Positions 27,901 through 40,885 of a stretch of 64,000 bases of DNA are shown here, piece after piece. The stretch is taken from positions 434,001 through 498,000 of the forward strand of contig NW_025767080.1 of assembly GCF_003918875.1 (NCBI RefSeq), in the 5' to 3' direction. This DNA is from Haliotis rubra. Its lineage: Eukaryota. A program made the position numbers and the translations under genes. The stretch's first letter is position 1, and every line of letters begins with the position of its first letter. Below the pieces are notes generated by a model. The model had not been told where the DNA came from, searched no databases, and saw nothing but the letters and a program-made list of their open reading frames with translations.

Positions 27901-30900
27901 ACCTCTTATAAAAGTATTATCTACTAAACATACAAGTTACAGTACAAGTATGAAATGTTTTTGAATAGTTTCTTTGTCTTCAATACCTCCATTAATATTC
28001 TAGCTGTATCACAGCAAGCCTGAGTTGGTCAGACAAACCAATGGTTGACATTATGAAGGTCAGATGTCAAGCAACTAACAAATAAGCCATCTGAACAACA
28101 TACATTAGGGCACTTAGGACCTAGTTACTGCATCCCACATAGAGGCACCTGAACAACATACATTAGGGCACTTAGGACCTAGTTACTGCATCCCACATAG
28201 AGCCACCTGAACAACATTCATTAGGGCACTTAGGACCTAGTTACTGCATCCCACATAGAGCCACCTGAACAACATACAGTAGGGCACTTAGGACCTAGTT
28301 ACTCCATCCCACATAGAGGCACCTGAACAACATACATTAGGGCACTTAGGACCTAGTTACTGCATCCCACATAGAGGCACCTGAACAACATACATTAGGG
28401 CACTTAGGACCTAGTTACTGCATCCCACATAGCAGCATAGAGCCACCCTGAACAATTCTAGGGCATACATTAGAGGCACTTAGGGACTTGGGACCTAGTT
28501 ACTCCATCCCACATAGAGCCACCTGAACAACATACATTAGGGCACTTAGGACCTAGTTACTGCATCCCACATAGAGCCACCTGAACAACATTCATTAGGG
28601 CACTTAGGACCTAGTTACTGCATCCCACATAGAGCCACCTGAACTAAACAGGACCAGTTACATTAGGGCACTTGGGACCTAGTTACTCCATCCCACATAG
28701 AGCCACCTGAACAACATAGCCACCATTAGGGCACTTAGGACCTAGTTACTCCATCCCACATAGAGCCACCTGAACAACATACATTAGGGCACTTAGAGGA
28801 GGGCACTAGTTACTGCATCCCACATAGAGCCACCTGAACAACATCCCACATTAGGGCACTTAGGACCTAGGTTACTGCATCCCACATAGAGCCACCTGAA
28901 CAACATTCATTAGGGCACTTTAGGACCTAGGGTTACTGCATCCCACATAGAGCCACCTGAACAACATACAGTAGGGCACTTAGGACCTAGTTACTCCATC
29001 CCACATAGAGGCACCTGAACAACATACATTAGGGCACTTAGGACCTAGTTACTCCATCCCACATAGAGGCACCTGAACAACATACATCCCACATCCCACA
29101 TAGAGCCACCTGAACAACATACAGTAGGGCACTTAGGACCTAGTTACTGCATCCCACATAGAGCCACCTGAACAACATACAGTAGGGCACTTAGGACCTA
29201 GTTACTCCATCCCACATAGAGCCACCTGAACAACATACATTAGGGCACTTAGGACCTAGTTACTGCATCCCACATAGAGCCACCTGAACAACATACAGTA
29301 GGGCACTAAGGACCTAGTTACTGCAACTGCATCCAACATAGAGGCACCTGGGACATACACACATCACGCATCACATTCACAGCTGATTTTCAGGGGCACT
29401 ATGGAAATTTAAAACTTAACAATTAAGATGAATAACAATACAGTGTTCATACAAATTATCAGCAATCAAATTTAAGGCCATTTTTAGGGGCTTTTCAAGG
29501 AACTATAGAAACATATAACACATAAGTAGATGAATTACACGAGGTTGGTCAAATGTGGGACTGATCATCGGAGGGAAATAACTCTTAGCTTCATCGCTGC
29601 ACTGGGAAAGTTTTGCTTGCAAAGGAGATTGATTAGCACCCACTGTCATTGCAAGGTATTTTTATTTGGATTAGTTTCCTGTAAAATCATAACGCAAGAC
29701 GTAAATATAGGGCCTTTTTGGGGGGGGGGGTTGGTAAATCAATGGCAATTACGGCATTTCAATGCTTAAACGAATTTAGCGCCTTTTTAGTGTAAAACAT
29801 CCAAATTTCAGGCTTTTCCAAGCCTGTGGGAACCCTGTGATATAACATCAAAAGTTAAACAATGATATCAAGATGTGAATGATAAAAAGACAACAAAGTA
29901 AGATGTCCTAAAATATACATTGTTTTGTTGTACCATGTCAGTGTTCATTCTACAGAGTGGAATCATGACATAGTAAGATCTTAGTATACAAGAAATCCCA
30001 CTGTGCATCAAGTCAGTATCCGGTTCATCCTTTCAGACTGATACTGCTAGTGAAGTGGTTGTCTGTTACCCATGCTTCTTTGGTAACCCCCTTTCTGAAC
30101 ATCAACCAAAGGCCCTGTGTTGTTTGGCAACCAGAATGAACACTGACTGCATGCTGACCAAGAAAGCTAAGCAGCCTGGCCTACCTGTAAGTATGTAGAG
30201 GGGACAAGGCCTTTCTCTCCATCACTGTTCTCAGCCACCCACCATCCATCATCCCTGAAACACATTTTCACTTTCATTGTGTAACAATGTTCCAAGTGTA
30301 ATACATTATATCTGTTGACATTCAGCAGGGGCACTGGTCAGCTCTATATTTACACTGTGCTATTTTTAGACACAGTTCTGGAATGTACTACAACCCAACA
30401 CACATTACACATACAACCCCTTATAGTATAGTCAAGGTGTAATCAAGATCCCTTATAGTACACTCAAGGTGTCATTATCCTTTATAGTACAATCAAAACT
30501 CATGAGGCGAGGTGAAATTGGGTTTTACTTAGGAATATTTCGCTCATATGATGACATGCATGTGTGTGTATGTGTGGCTGCTTGTCCTAGCACACTGAGA
30601 TACCATGCTGCAGTTAAGCATGAATACCCCACTCAGACACATTATACTGACTCTGAGCCAACCAGTCCTGTTGTATTCATTAATGCCACAGGAAGAGACC
30701 AACAAGTACGATATTTTCACGTCTTTTGGTATGACGCGGATGGGGATCGAACGATCTATCCACTACACCATGGGGGCGGTGCTTAAAACTCATATACATA
30801 CTGTAGAGCATGGATATATCACTATCCAAATATGCCTTAATTTCAAATAATTATGTAATTTTTAGAGTAAAATTGATATTTTCGACTTATCCTGACTCAT

Positions 30901-33900
30901 GCTTATTGCTTGTCTTCTTCTTCTTTGCGAACATAGTGGAACACGTGTATTTCCCTATTGAAGTTCCCTTCAATAAAAAATCACTAATTAGAACTCACCA
31001 CGAGTTACCTCCCTTCCACAAGCGCGGGAACGAGGGCGCCACATCCACCCATGTGCCTCACCCACTCCTCATATACTGAGCCCAACATTTGAATTTTCAG
31101 GGAAATCCAAAGTGTTATGTGGGGAGGATGGGAGGGCTTACCTCATGAGTCAGGATAAGTATAAAATATCAATTTTACTCTAAAAATTACATATTTTTCC
31201 TTATCCTGACTCATGCTTATTGCTTGTAGAATCCGACGGAAAAGGAGGTGGGAATATATAATACTTTGGATTTTAATAATTAGTGATTTGAACTGTGATG
31301 ATTGTAATAACCCTATGGGAACTTCATAAAGGCACTGAACTGATGAATTCCTGCTGCTAACTTATCAGCTGCCATATAAAGGTTATTACAATTTACTTAT
31401 TATGATAAAAGTATATATAACATTAATACAATGCTTAAGACTAATAGACTTAAGCTTGTTAATATGATAGCATAAACTCCTTAGATTTTGTTAGCTAAAA
31501 TACTTTTATGATATAAACATAGTACTGAGATTAAACTTAAGCTAAATATAAAATAGCAAAAACTCCTTAGAGTTTATTAGCTAATATACTTTTATGATAT
31601 AAACATAGTACTGAGCTTAAGATATGATTAAACTTAAGCTATATATATAATAGCAAAACTCCGTAGAGTTTGTTAGCTAATACATTTTATAATGTAACCA
31701 TAATGCTTAAGATATAATGAATCTTAAGCTAAATATATAATAGCAAAAAACTCTTTAGAGTTTGTTAGCTAATATACTTATATGATATAAACATAGTACT
31801 GAGCTTAAGATATGGTTAAACTTAAGCTATGTATATAATAGCAAAACTCCGTAGAGTTTGTTAGCTAATACATTTTATAATGTAACCATAATGCTTAAGA
31901 TATGATGAAACTTTAAGCTAAAGTATAAATATATAATAGCAAAAAAGCTTTAGAGTTTACCAATTTCAGGCTAATATACTGCCAAGGAAATATATGATAT
32001 AAACATAGTACTGAGTTTTAAGATATGAATAGAGTTCTTAAGCTACATATAATAATAGCAAAAAAAACTCCAAAACTACCAAAAGGCACCAGAGTTTGTT
32101 AGCTAATACATGTTATAATGTAACCATAATGCTATGGGGATAAGATATGATGAAACTTATATGATATAAACATAGTACTGAGCTTAAGATATGAATAAAT
32201 ATATAATAGCAAAAACTCTGTAGAGTTTGTTAGCTAATATATATAATTTATGATATATGAGCTAAATATATATAATAGAGTTTGTTGCTTAATTTTTATG
32301 ATATGATAATTACTGTGCTTAAGATATAGCTACATATATAATAATAAAAACTCTGTAGAGTTTGTTAGCTAATACATTTATAATGTAACCATAGTACTGA
32401 GCTTAAGATATGATTAACTTAAGCTGAATATATAATAACAAACTCCGTAGAGTTGTTAGCTTATATATTGTATGATATAATAACCATAGTACTGAGCTTA
32501 AGATAATAAAAGAACTTAAGCAAACTATATATAGCATGTAGCTATTTAGTACTGTTATAAGATAAGTAGAAATCTGTAAGATTGACTTATCTTCTCTGAG
32601 GAACTGTCAACTGTTGTGCGAGGAACATGGGACCGAATTGGTGGATACCTGAGACGTCCTTGGTGGTGATATCTCTCAGATAGTGGTTGGCAAACACCAT
32701 ATCGGATCTCCAGAAATAACCCTCCATTATGGTATTTCAATAGCACTTGCCGTGTAGATCAAGTGTAGATGTTAGCGCTCTAATATCATGAGGATTAGAA
32801 GCTCTTGGAGGGTCGAGTCCTGCAGTCTTGTAGGCACGTAGTATGACAGTTCTGATCAAAAAGGAGATAGTAGTACGTGAGACTTCAGTCTCGTAGCTTG
32901 TTGATAGAGGAAATAAATCTCTTGAATTTTTCCCTCCTGTTTGGCTCGGTGGAGATATATTTTCAGTGCTCTTACTGGCCATCGTGATAGATTCATCGTA
33001 TCATGGGGTCCAAGTATATCATCAAAGCGTCTTCATAAACCTCACTTGTGAGGTGTTGAGCACTATATTCAGATCCCAAGTTGGGCGTGAAACTTCCGTT
33101 TTAATCCTCCAATCGGAAAGCTCGTAGCAAAGGCGAGTAACTGGGTTAAGGTTAACTTGATGCCCGTTCTCAGTTATGACAGAGCTATTGCTGCAAGATA
33201 GGTGGACAAGTTGAGCCTTTTAAAATCTTAGTCTGGCGTAGATAACATAAGTAGTCAGCCACTTGAGGATGAGTAGCATATCTAGCTGTAAATCCTTTCT
33301 TTGCAGCATAATTGACAAAACTGTGCCATTTGTCATCATTATAAGTTGCAAGTTGAGTTACGCGGGGCAAGCTAGACTGCTTTGCGGCTCTGGCTGAATA
33401 ACCTGTTATTCAGACGCGCCTTGATACAATCCATATGTGAAGTTGGAATATTTCTGGCTTTCGATGCGGATGTATTAACAGATTCGAGCACTCAGTAAGA
33501 TGTAGTATTGGTTGTCCGATTTCTTGAATAAGAGTTGGAAACCGTTCTGCGCTGGTCAGTAGGCGTGACCAAATTCAGATGGAGGCTCTGCGTTTGACTG
33601 ATTTTGAGTAAACTTGTGAGATTAACGCTGGTGGCGGAAAAGCGTACGCGTTGAGACCTTCCCACGATATGCTTAGTGCGTCTGTTGCCAATGCTAGTGG
33701 GTCTGGAACTGGCGATACGAATGTGTCAGTTGTTTGTTGAATCGAGTGGCAAATAGGTCTATTAGTGGAGTTCCTATTTCCTTGATAATTTGAATGAATA
33801 TCTCTGTATGGAGCATTCATTCTGTCGGCGATGGTATGTGTGGCCGAGAGAGAGCGTCTGCTATCACATTCTTTGCTCCTGGAATGTGATATGCTCTGAC

Positions 33901-36900
33901 ATGTATGTTGAGATTGTCGATTAAATCGAACAATTGAAAACATAGAGTCGATAGGTTAGGGGACCTGGTTGAGCTTAGTTTGTTCACATAAAAACGCCAC
34001 TGTCGAATTGACTGTGTGAATCATCCACTGGGTATACTGTAGTAAGTTGCTCCAGTGCATTAAGGCGTTTAACACTGCTTGCATCTCTAGCAGATTTATG
34101 TGTAATTTGCTCTCTTGATTGCTCATAGCCCTGATGCCGTCCTGTTGGCAAGATGGGCTCCCCAACCTTGTAGTGACACATCTACGTGAGAAGTGTTATC
34201 GATTCCAGCTCTATTAGCGAGGCGATCTATTCAAACATTCGATCTCTTGGTCCACCATAGTAGATGAGGTTTGACCTGAACCCGATAAATTGAGCGGTAG
34301 AGATTCGTCTAGATCTTGAATTGATGATGACTTGTAAGGGATGTAATTGTAGTCTGCCTCTGCCTGTCATGTCTTGAGCTGAAGTGCGTAACCCCAACAG
34401 ACTCTGCCACTGTCGTAGTGGTAGCGGAGAGAGTAAGGCTTGTGGAATTGACTGTTGGATCTTGATCCATGGTCCTCCGGTACAATTATACGATTCTGCG
34501 CCGTTACAAATCAAAAACCTAGAATTAGCAGATCTTGCGAAGGTTCTAGGTCCAACTTAGGTAGGTTTACTAACCATCTAGTTGTGTTAGTAGCTTGATG
34601 ATGAAATTCAACTGTAGTCTGAGACGCTGTGGATTTGGATCCACTTGTATCCCGTCGTCTAGGTAAATTTGCTGCGAAGTCCTTGACGATGTAGGTGCAC
34701 AACCAGGTGTGACTGCCATCGTTGAACTTTCTACTGCCGTGCCCTCGTCCTTACTTGACAGGGGAGGTCTCTAACCTCAAGAAGGCAGCCCAATCATGAA
34801 GGTTCAGATTAGCTGGACTGTAAGGAGGCTTGCTCGTTCACTGATATATTGTTGTCACTTGCAACCTAAGTCTTGAACTGTGAACTATGATCGACCTCTG
34901 CGTAGGGCGTTGTCCATTGCGGTCCAATCAGAACAAGGCATTTTGATTCTGTAGAGTACCCGCGCTGTGATGTCACCGGTGTAGCAGGAAAAGGAACCTT
35001 GTATAATATAGTGCCGTCGTTGATATTAGAACAATCGTCGGTCTTCACCGTAGCTTCCCGAAGTTACCCGAGTGACCACGTGTTTCAAGGGTTAATGGTA
35101 AACGGGCGAACCTCCGGGGCGAAATACCTCGCTCTGTAATATTAATGCTGGGTAGGTTATTTTCCTGGCTGTCGTGAAAGTAACTTCAGTCTTGAAGATA
35201 ATTCGACTTCCTTATATAAAGGTTCAATAAAACTTGCAAGTTGTCAGCTTGTAGACTGTATACATGAATGTATCGTCATAATTGTAGAATTAAAGCTGAA
35301 CTTGTTGTACATATTTCTTCTCAGAAATCGTTGACGATTATGAGTTATACTACGCTGTAACAAGGCTGCTGTTCAATTTCGTTATTGAATTGTCTGCAGA
35401 TCTAGCGTAATGGTCGCATGTAGATAATCGTATCGTAGTCCAGGATTGCATACCTAGCAATCTATACGGAAAAGTTGATTCCTGTGAAGATCTCAAACGA
35501 AGCGTTGTTGATGCCCTTGATGTAGGTAGTCGGCTTGAAGATCCTTAATTAGGCTCTTCATCTGTTGATAAAATAATACAGCGGCGTTCTGTGTTGTAAA
35601 CAGCCTGTGCAATTGTCTTCAGCGTAGGCTTGTAGGCGGCATATGGCATACAGTTGATAGACAACTCATGCGATGTCTTGAGCGGACTGGCAGTGGCTAT
35701 ATATGGCGAGTGGCTAGTATATGGAGACCTTGGAGCAGACTTCCTCGGTGACGCCGGGACTTAGCTCTCGAAGTAAGTATCCTTCTAGATCTTCTGGGTG
35801 AAGTAGACTTGGAGCCACTTAGCCTTAGCGACCTTCCAGCGAAAGTATCGAGTCAGAGTCCAATCAATATATGAGCTTGCTTGCTTGAAGCGACCTCTGT
35901 GTTCTACAGGGTGTGGGCTCGGCGAAGCGCTCCTCCTCCAGCGATGTCATTACGCAGAACTGGTGAGGCTCTAGCTCCTCGCCGGGCTGACCTGGGACTT
36001 CCTTAGCGAAGGGTCTAGAGTCCGCTCAATATATGAGCGCTTGCCTTGAAGCGACCTCTGTGTTCTACAGGGTGTGGGCTCGGCGAAGCGCTCCTCCTCC
36101 GCGATGTCCCTCGCAACTGGTGAGGCTCTAGCTCCTTCGCAGAGGTTCAATATATGAGCGCTTGCTTTGCGAACGACCTCTGTGTTCTACAGGGTGTGGG
36201 CTCGGCACAGCGCTTCTCCTCCGCGATGTCCCTCGCAACTGGTGAGGCTCTAGCTCCTTCGAGGAGGCGGCCTGGGACTTCCTTAGCGAAGTGTTCGCTA
36301 CGGGCTGGATTGCCCTTCGCGGAGGCGCGTTTGTGGGCTCTGGGGCCCTGTATGACTTATTATGGGTTGGGCTCTGAGGCCCGTGGCTCTGGGGCCTCTG
36401 TAAACCGTAACGGTCCTCCATCAGTCTCATGATTTGGTTGACCAGGTCGTCTGGGATGGTCTGCGCTGGCGTTGAGGGTGTCCTCTCTGTGATAGTGACG
36501 GGACCCTCAGTTATAATCTCCGGCGTCAGCGTAGGCATCTCTGGTTGCATGTTGATCTGCGCTGAAGTGACGGTAGCCGATACCGGTCACTTCTTATAAC
36601 GTACATCTGGAATGATAATCGGAATGTCATCATCATATAAACATAATTCTGAATATCAGAAGCAAAGTTTTTTAGTAGCCTTCGTGGATTTCCCTTTTGA
36701 CGAAGCTGTAGACCTGGGGGTTCGGAGCGTACGTTGAGACGAAGTGGAAGCTCTTCTAGTCTTAGATTGTGATGAAGGAACGTCCTGGGATGCAGGTCGC
36801 TTCTAGGATATAGCGGACTGCGTCCCACGCTTATCCCCCGAAGGTAACTCAGGATATATCTGACTCCGATCTATTAGCCATGACTGAAGATTGTTTCCGA

Positions 36901-39900
36901 GATCTATCTGCCATCCGTCACAAGACGGAATTTATCAAAGGCAGAATTAGACAAATTAATACATAATTTAGAGCGTGAAACAATAGAGCATGGAGATATG
37001 CAACTAGGGCATCTTAAATGCGGATCGGTAGCAGAGTAATTTACAAACAGTGCAGATTTTTATTAACGCAAACTGCTGAGCAAACAAGGTGAACCGTGAA
37101 TCAAGCAGCAGAAACACGAACAATTATCAATGCATGTTGAATAAGGATACTAGTTACACCTCTATAGATGAATATAAGAGGTAACAAACTAAATATAAAT
37201 AAAGGATATAGTGTGCAGGGAGACACAGGTGCTCTCACGTCTTGCTCACTGGGCGAAGAAGGAGAGAGTGAGGCACATGGGTGGAGGTGGCGCCCTCGTT
37301 CCCGCGCTTGTGGAAGGGAGGTAACTCGTTGTGAGTTCTAATTAGTGATTTTTTATTGAAGGGAACTTCAATAGGGAAATACACGTGTTCCACTATGTTC
37401 GCAAAGAAGAAGAAGACAAGCAATAAGCATGAGTCAGGATAAGGAAAAATATGACCACTACATATATACATAGTATGAAGCAATACAATTATTTCGTGAA
37501 GCTATATTCACTAATACAATATATTGCTCACACTTACCCAATGCTAACCATGACAACGGGGGGTCAAATACTTATACCACTTGTATACTCTGTATTCAAC
37601 ACACAAGGAAAACTGCTAGTTACTAAAGGTTGGAAGTTCGGTACAATCTCGAATGAATAACCAACAGATGACACATGATGTTTTCCAACTACCTTGTCTC
37701 AATGATGGTGAGGATGTCACCTTTCTTGAATCCAAGATCTCCCTCTTCTTCACCAGCATAGTCCTCCACAGCTACAAACTGCCGCATCTGGAAGTAACAC
37801 TTTGTGTTTAATCACACGTGGAGTAAGCAGGGTGAGTGGGTGGCTGAGTGGGGGCCATTTTCAGACACTTTATACAAGTCTAACATGTAGTGAGTGAGTG
37901 AGTTTAGTTTTACACCAGTTTTTAGCAATATTCCAGCAATATCATGGTGGAGGACACCCGAAATGGGCTTCACATATTGAACCTAAGTGGGAACCCAGGT
38001 CTTCGGGGTGACGAGTGAACGCTTTAACCACTGGGCTACCCCACCGCCCCAGTCTAACATGTAAGGTGATGCTGTAGCTGTGACAACACTCTGACGTTAC
38101 TCACAGAGGGTGTCGTCTCTATGGTTGCTTTTGTTCCTCCATCCTCATCCTCATCATCATCATCATCATCATCTTCTTCATCATCTTCATCTTCCTCATC
38201 CTCTTCTTCTTCTTCATCTTCTTCTGTTTTCTTGGCTACCTTTGCATTCCTGTACACAAACAGATAATACCGATGTGTGACTACCACTAGACACAAATTC
38301 ATGATCAAAAGCTATTTCCATGAGAATTAATGTCCTACAATGAGACTAAATGGATACGGTTATGCAAGGTGACTTCACTGATTGTATGTCATCTTATCCC
38401 ACTGGCATGGTTCTCTGTTACTATGACGGGCACTGGTTTGCCTAGTTTTGACACAAGCATTGACAGGCCACTATGATATAGTGGCAATGCTGCTAAATGT
38501 GATGTTAAACAACAAATTATTTAAAATAGTGGAGTTGTTGTCTAGAGGAAGCTAATAATGAAACAGTATTTCAGTTACACCACAACAGGTCATAGTCAGG
38601 CACAGTCAAAACAAGCCCATGGCATAGATATCTGATGAACCTCATGACAAAGGTGTTGACAGTCAATGACCCTAATAAAAGTGACATGGAGATTTGAGGT
38701 ATGCAAGAAGGGCTTCCCACAAAGATGCATCTGAACATATGTCCACTGAGTGGTACATGGTCAAATCTGGACCAAGTAAAACCAGTGGTCGCTGACACTT
38801 TGTTTACTTCAGTTTCCATTTGTATGGCCTGGGTGACATGAAAATGGACCCCCATGGCCAGAGACCAGGTTTACTCCCGAACCATATCTGTACAAAGATC
38901 ATAGAGCATAGGTTTCAGTACTTTTGTTGAGATGGTTTGGTTTCTTCTTCCTCCTCTTCATCTTCCTCCTCCTCTTCTTCCTCATATTCATCTTCATCAT
39001 CTTCCTCTTCCTCTTCATCTACTTTTGTTTTGGCAGCTGTGGGTTTATCTAGGCAAATTGTTTCACACTCACATCAATATTGGTATGCCCAGAGGTTTTG
39101 TAATATACTTGAGTTTAAAAAGACAAAAAGAGTAAACGTTGGACTGTCACTGAGTATTTCTCACTCTAAAATAATCAAGTATAATAAAGTAGTGAGCTTA
39201 AAACATGGTTGGGATTCCACAAAACAATTTAACCCCCTTTAAATCCAATACTCAAAGTAGTAAGCTTTGAGCAGGAACTGGGCCCAGGGCTGATGTTTCT
39301 TTAGGAAGAGTCAGATATGTTTTATAAGCAATATTTTCTACGAAACAATTCATCTTCTTCTGAACACAAACAAATATCTCTACCCTTTTTATCAGTGGGT
39401 TTGACTTTAGCTTCAGACTCTTCCTCCTCTTCTTCTTCCTCCTCCTCTTCCTCTGCATCCTCCTCCTCCTCAACCTCCTCCTCTTCACCTTCCTCCTCTT
39501 CCTCACTTACCTCCCCCGCCTCGCGACGCATCTTCCTAGAAAGGGATTTCTCTGTCTTTAATTATGACATGAGGGTAATGACAAGGTCATCTTGACTCCC
39601 ATTCTTTATTTGGCACACTGTACATACTGTATCACATTTTTATATATGTAGCATGATCAATTTGGATTAACATAATCTCTATAACAGTTTATTCACTTAT
39701 AATACTTAGTGTGTTTTAGTATTTTCTTTTAAGCGTTCAATTAAACGGAAACAAAACACTAACTTTAAAAGTGTCAAAATACGGATGTGTTGTTTCTTCA
39801 CGGAATACAATTTGCTTATTACTACTTTGACAGATTTTACTTGTGTTCAGCGCTATTCTCACTGCGCTGCCCAAAGCAACACCTGTTCTGCTAGGCAAAG

Positions 39901-40854
39901 TTTTAAATACTGTGAGTGAGTATGAGTGGGTGGGTGAGTTCAATTTTACACCGCACTCAGCAATATTCCAGCTATATGGCGGCGGTCTGTACCAATCGAG
40001 TCTACACCAGACAATCAATTGATCAACAGCATAAACATCAATCTACGAATTTGGGATACGTTGATGTGTGAACCATGTCAGCGAGCCTGACAACCCAATC
40101 CCGTTAGTATGCCAAGCATACTGGATCTTCATGGGTGAATGTTCTCAGAAACTGGAAACTAGCAATCAGCTGTATGCACATTTTTCACAATTCTACCTGT
40201 GATTCAGTTAAACAATACCCAATGAATTAACTTTAAAGAAATTTGGTGCAATGTTCGTACTACAGCAAATGACCAGTGAATATCTAGGTTAGAATTGGTC
40301 TTCAGCAACCCATGCTTGTCAAAAGGTGTCTAATGCGATAGAAGTAACTTGGTTGACACATGTCATCGTATCCCAAATGCATAGATCGATACTCATGCTG
40401 TTGATCATTGTATTGTCATTATTTACAGACCGCCACCAAATAGCTGGAATATTGCAGAGTGTGGTGTTAAATGACAAATAAAGAATGAAAATGACATGCA
40501 AATATCGTAATTACAACCAAAAAGGTTACCAGTATAACATCAGGCAGTTATCTTGTTCGAGGAATATATCCATCAATATATACACATAAGAACAATATCC
40601 CGTACATTTAAAGCTGTAATTATGTGGAATAATGACAACTACATGAGTGGGGTGGTGAGGTAGTATGGTTTTATGCCACTGGCAGCAATATTCCAACAAC
40701 TTCAAGGAATCACCAGAAATAGGCTTTGTACAGTCAGAATTACAACCATGCTGGGTGACAAGTGAATGTTCTAACCATTAGACTATCCTATCAAATTGAT
40801 ACGTAACTGAAGGAACACAACAAACGTCTATCCACTTAAGTATAAAGATACCTG

Positions 40855-40885
<31 letters not shown>

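Larger units (their letters stand above)
30852..37453 (-). mobile_element. DIRS1-type tyrosine-recombinase retrotransposon (degenerate or error-laden ORFs)
   Basis: About 190-bp near-identical inverted terminal repeats (~30885-31075 vs ~37265-37449). Internal complementary region at ~31144-31227 is the reverse complement of the joined termini. Minus-strand remnants in DIRS order: gag-like (~36800-35000), RT IYLDD (~34653-34667) and WLVNxxKxxLEPSQ, RNase [15 protein letters not shown], adenine-methylase-like [19 protein letters not shown] ..SRTTIS..HDIR. TATG is shared at both junctions. Confidence 0.93.

Noticed and set aside
30810-31079. ORF pair 30810-31079 (+) and 37235-37483 (-) with near-identical peptides
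   Set aside because: Both are translations of the DIRS inverted terminal repeats.
38932-39595. Poly-Ser and poly-Arg/Lys ORFs
   Set aside because: These are antisense or off-frame readings of the NPHP1 poly-Glu exons.
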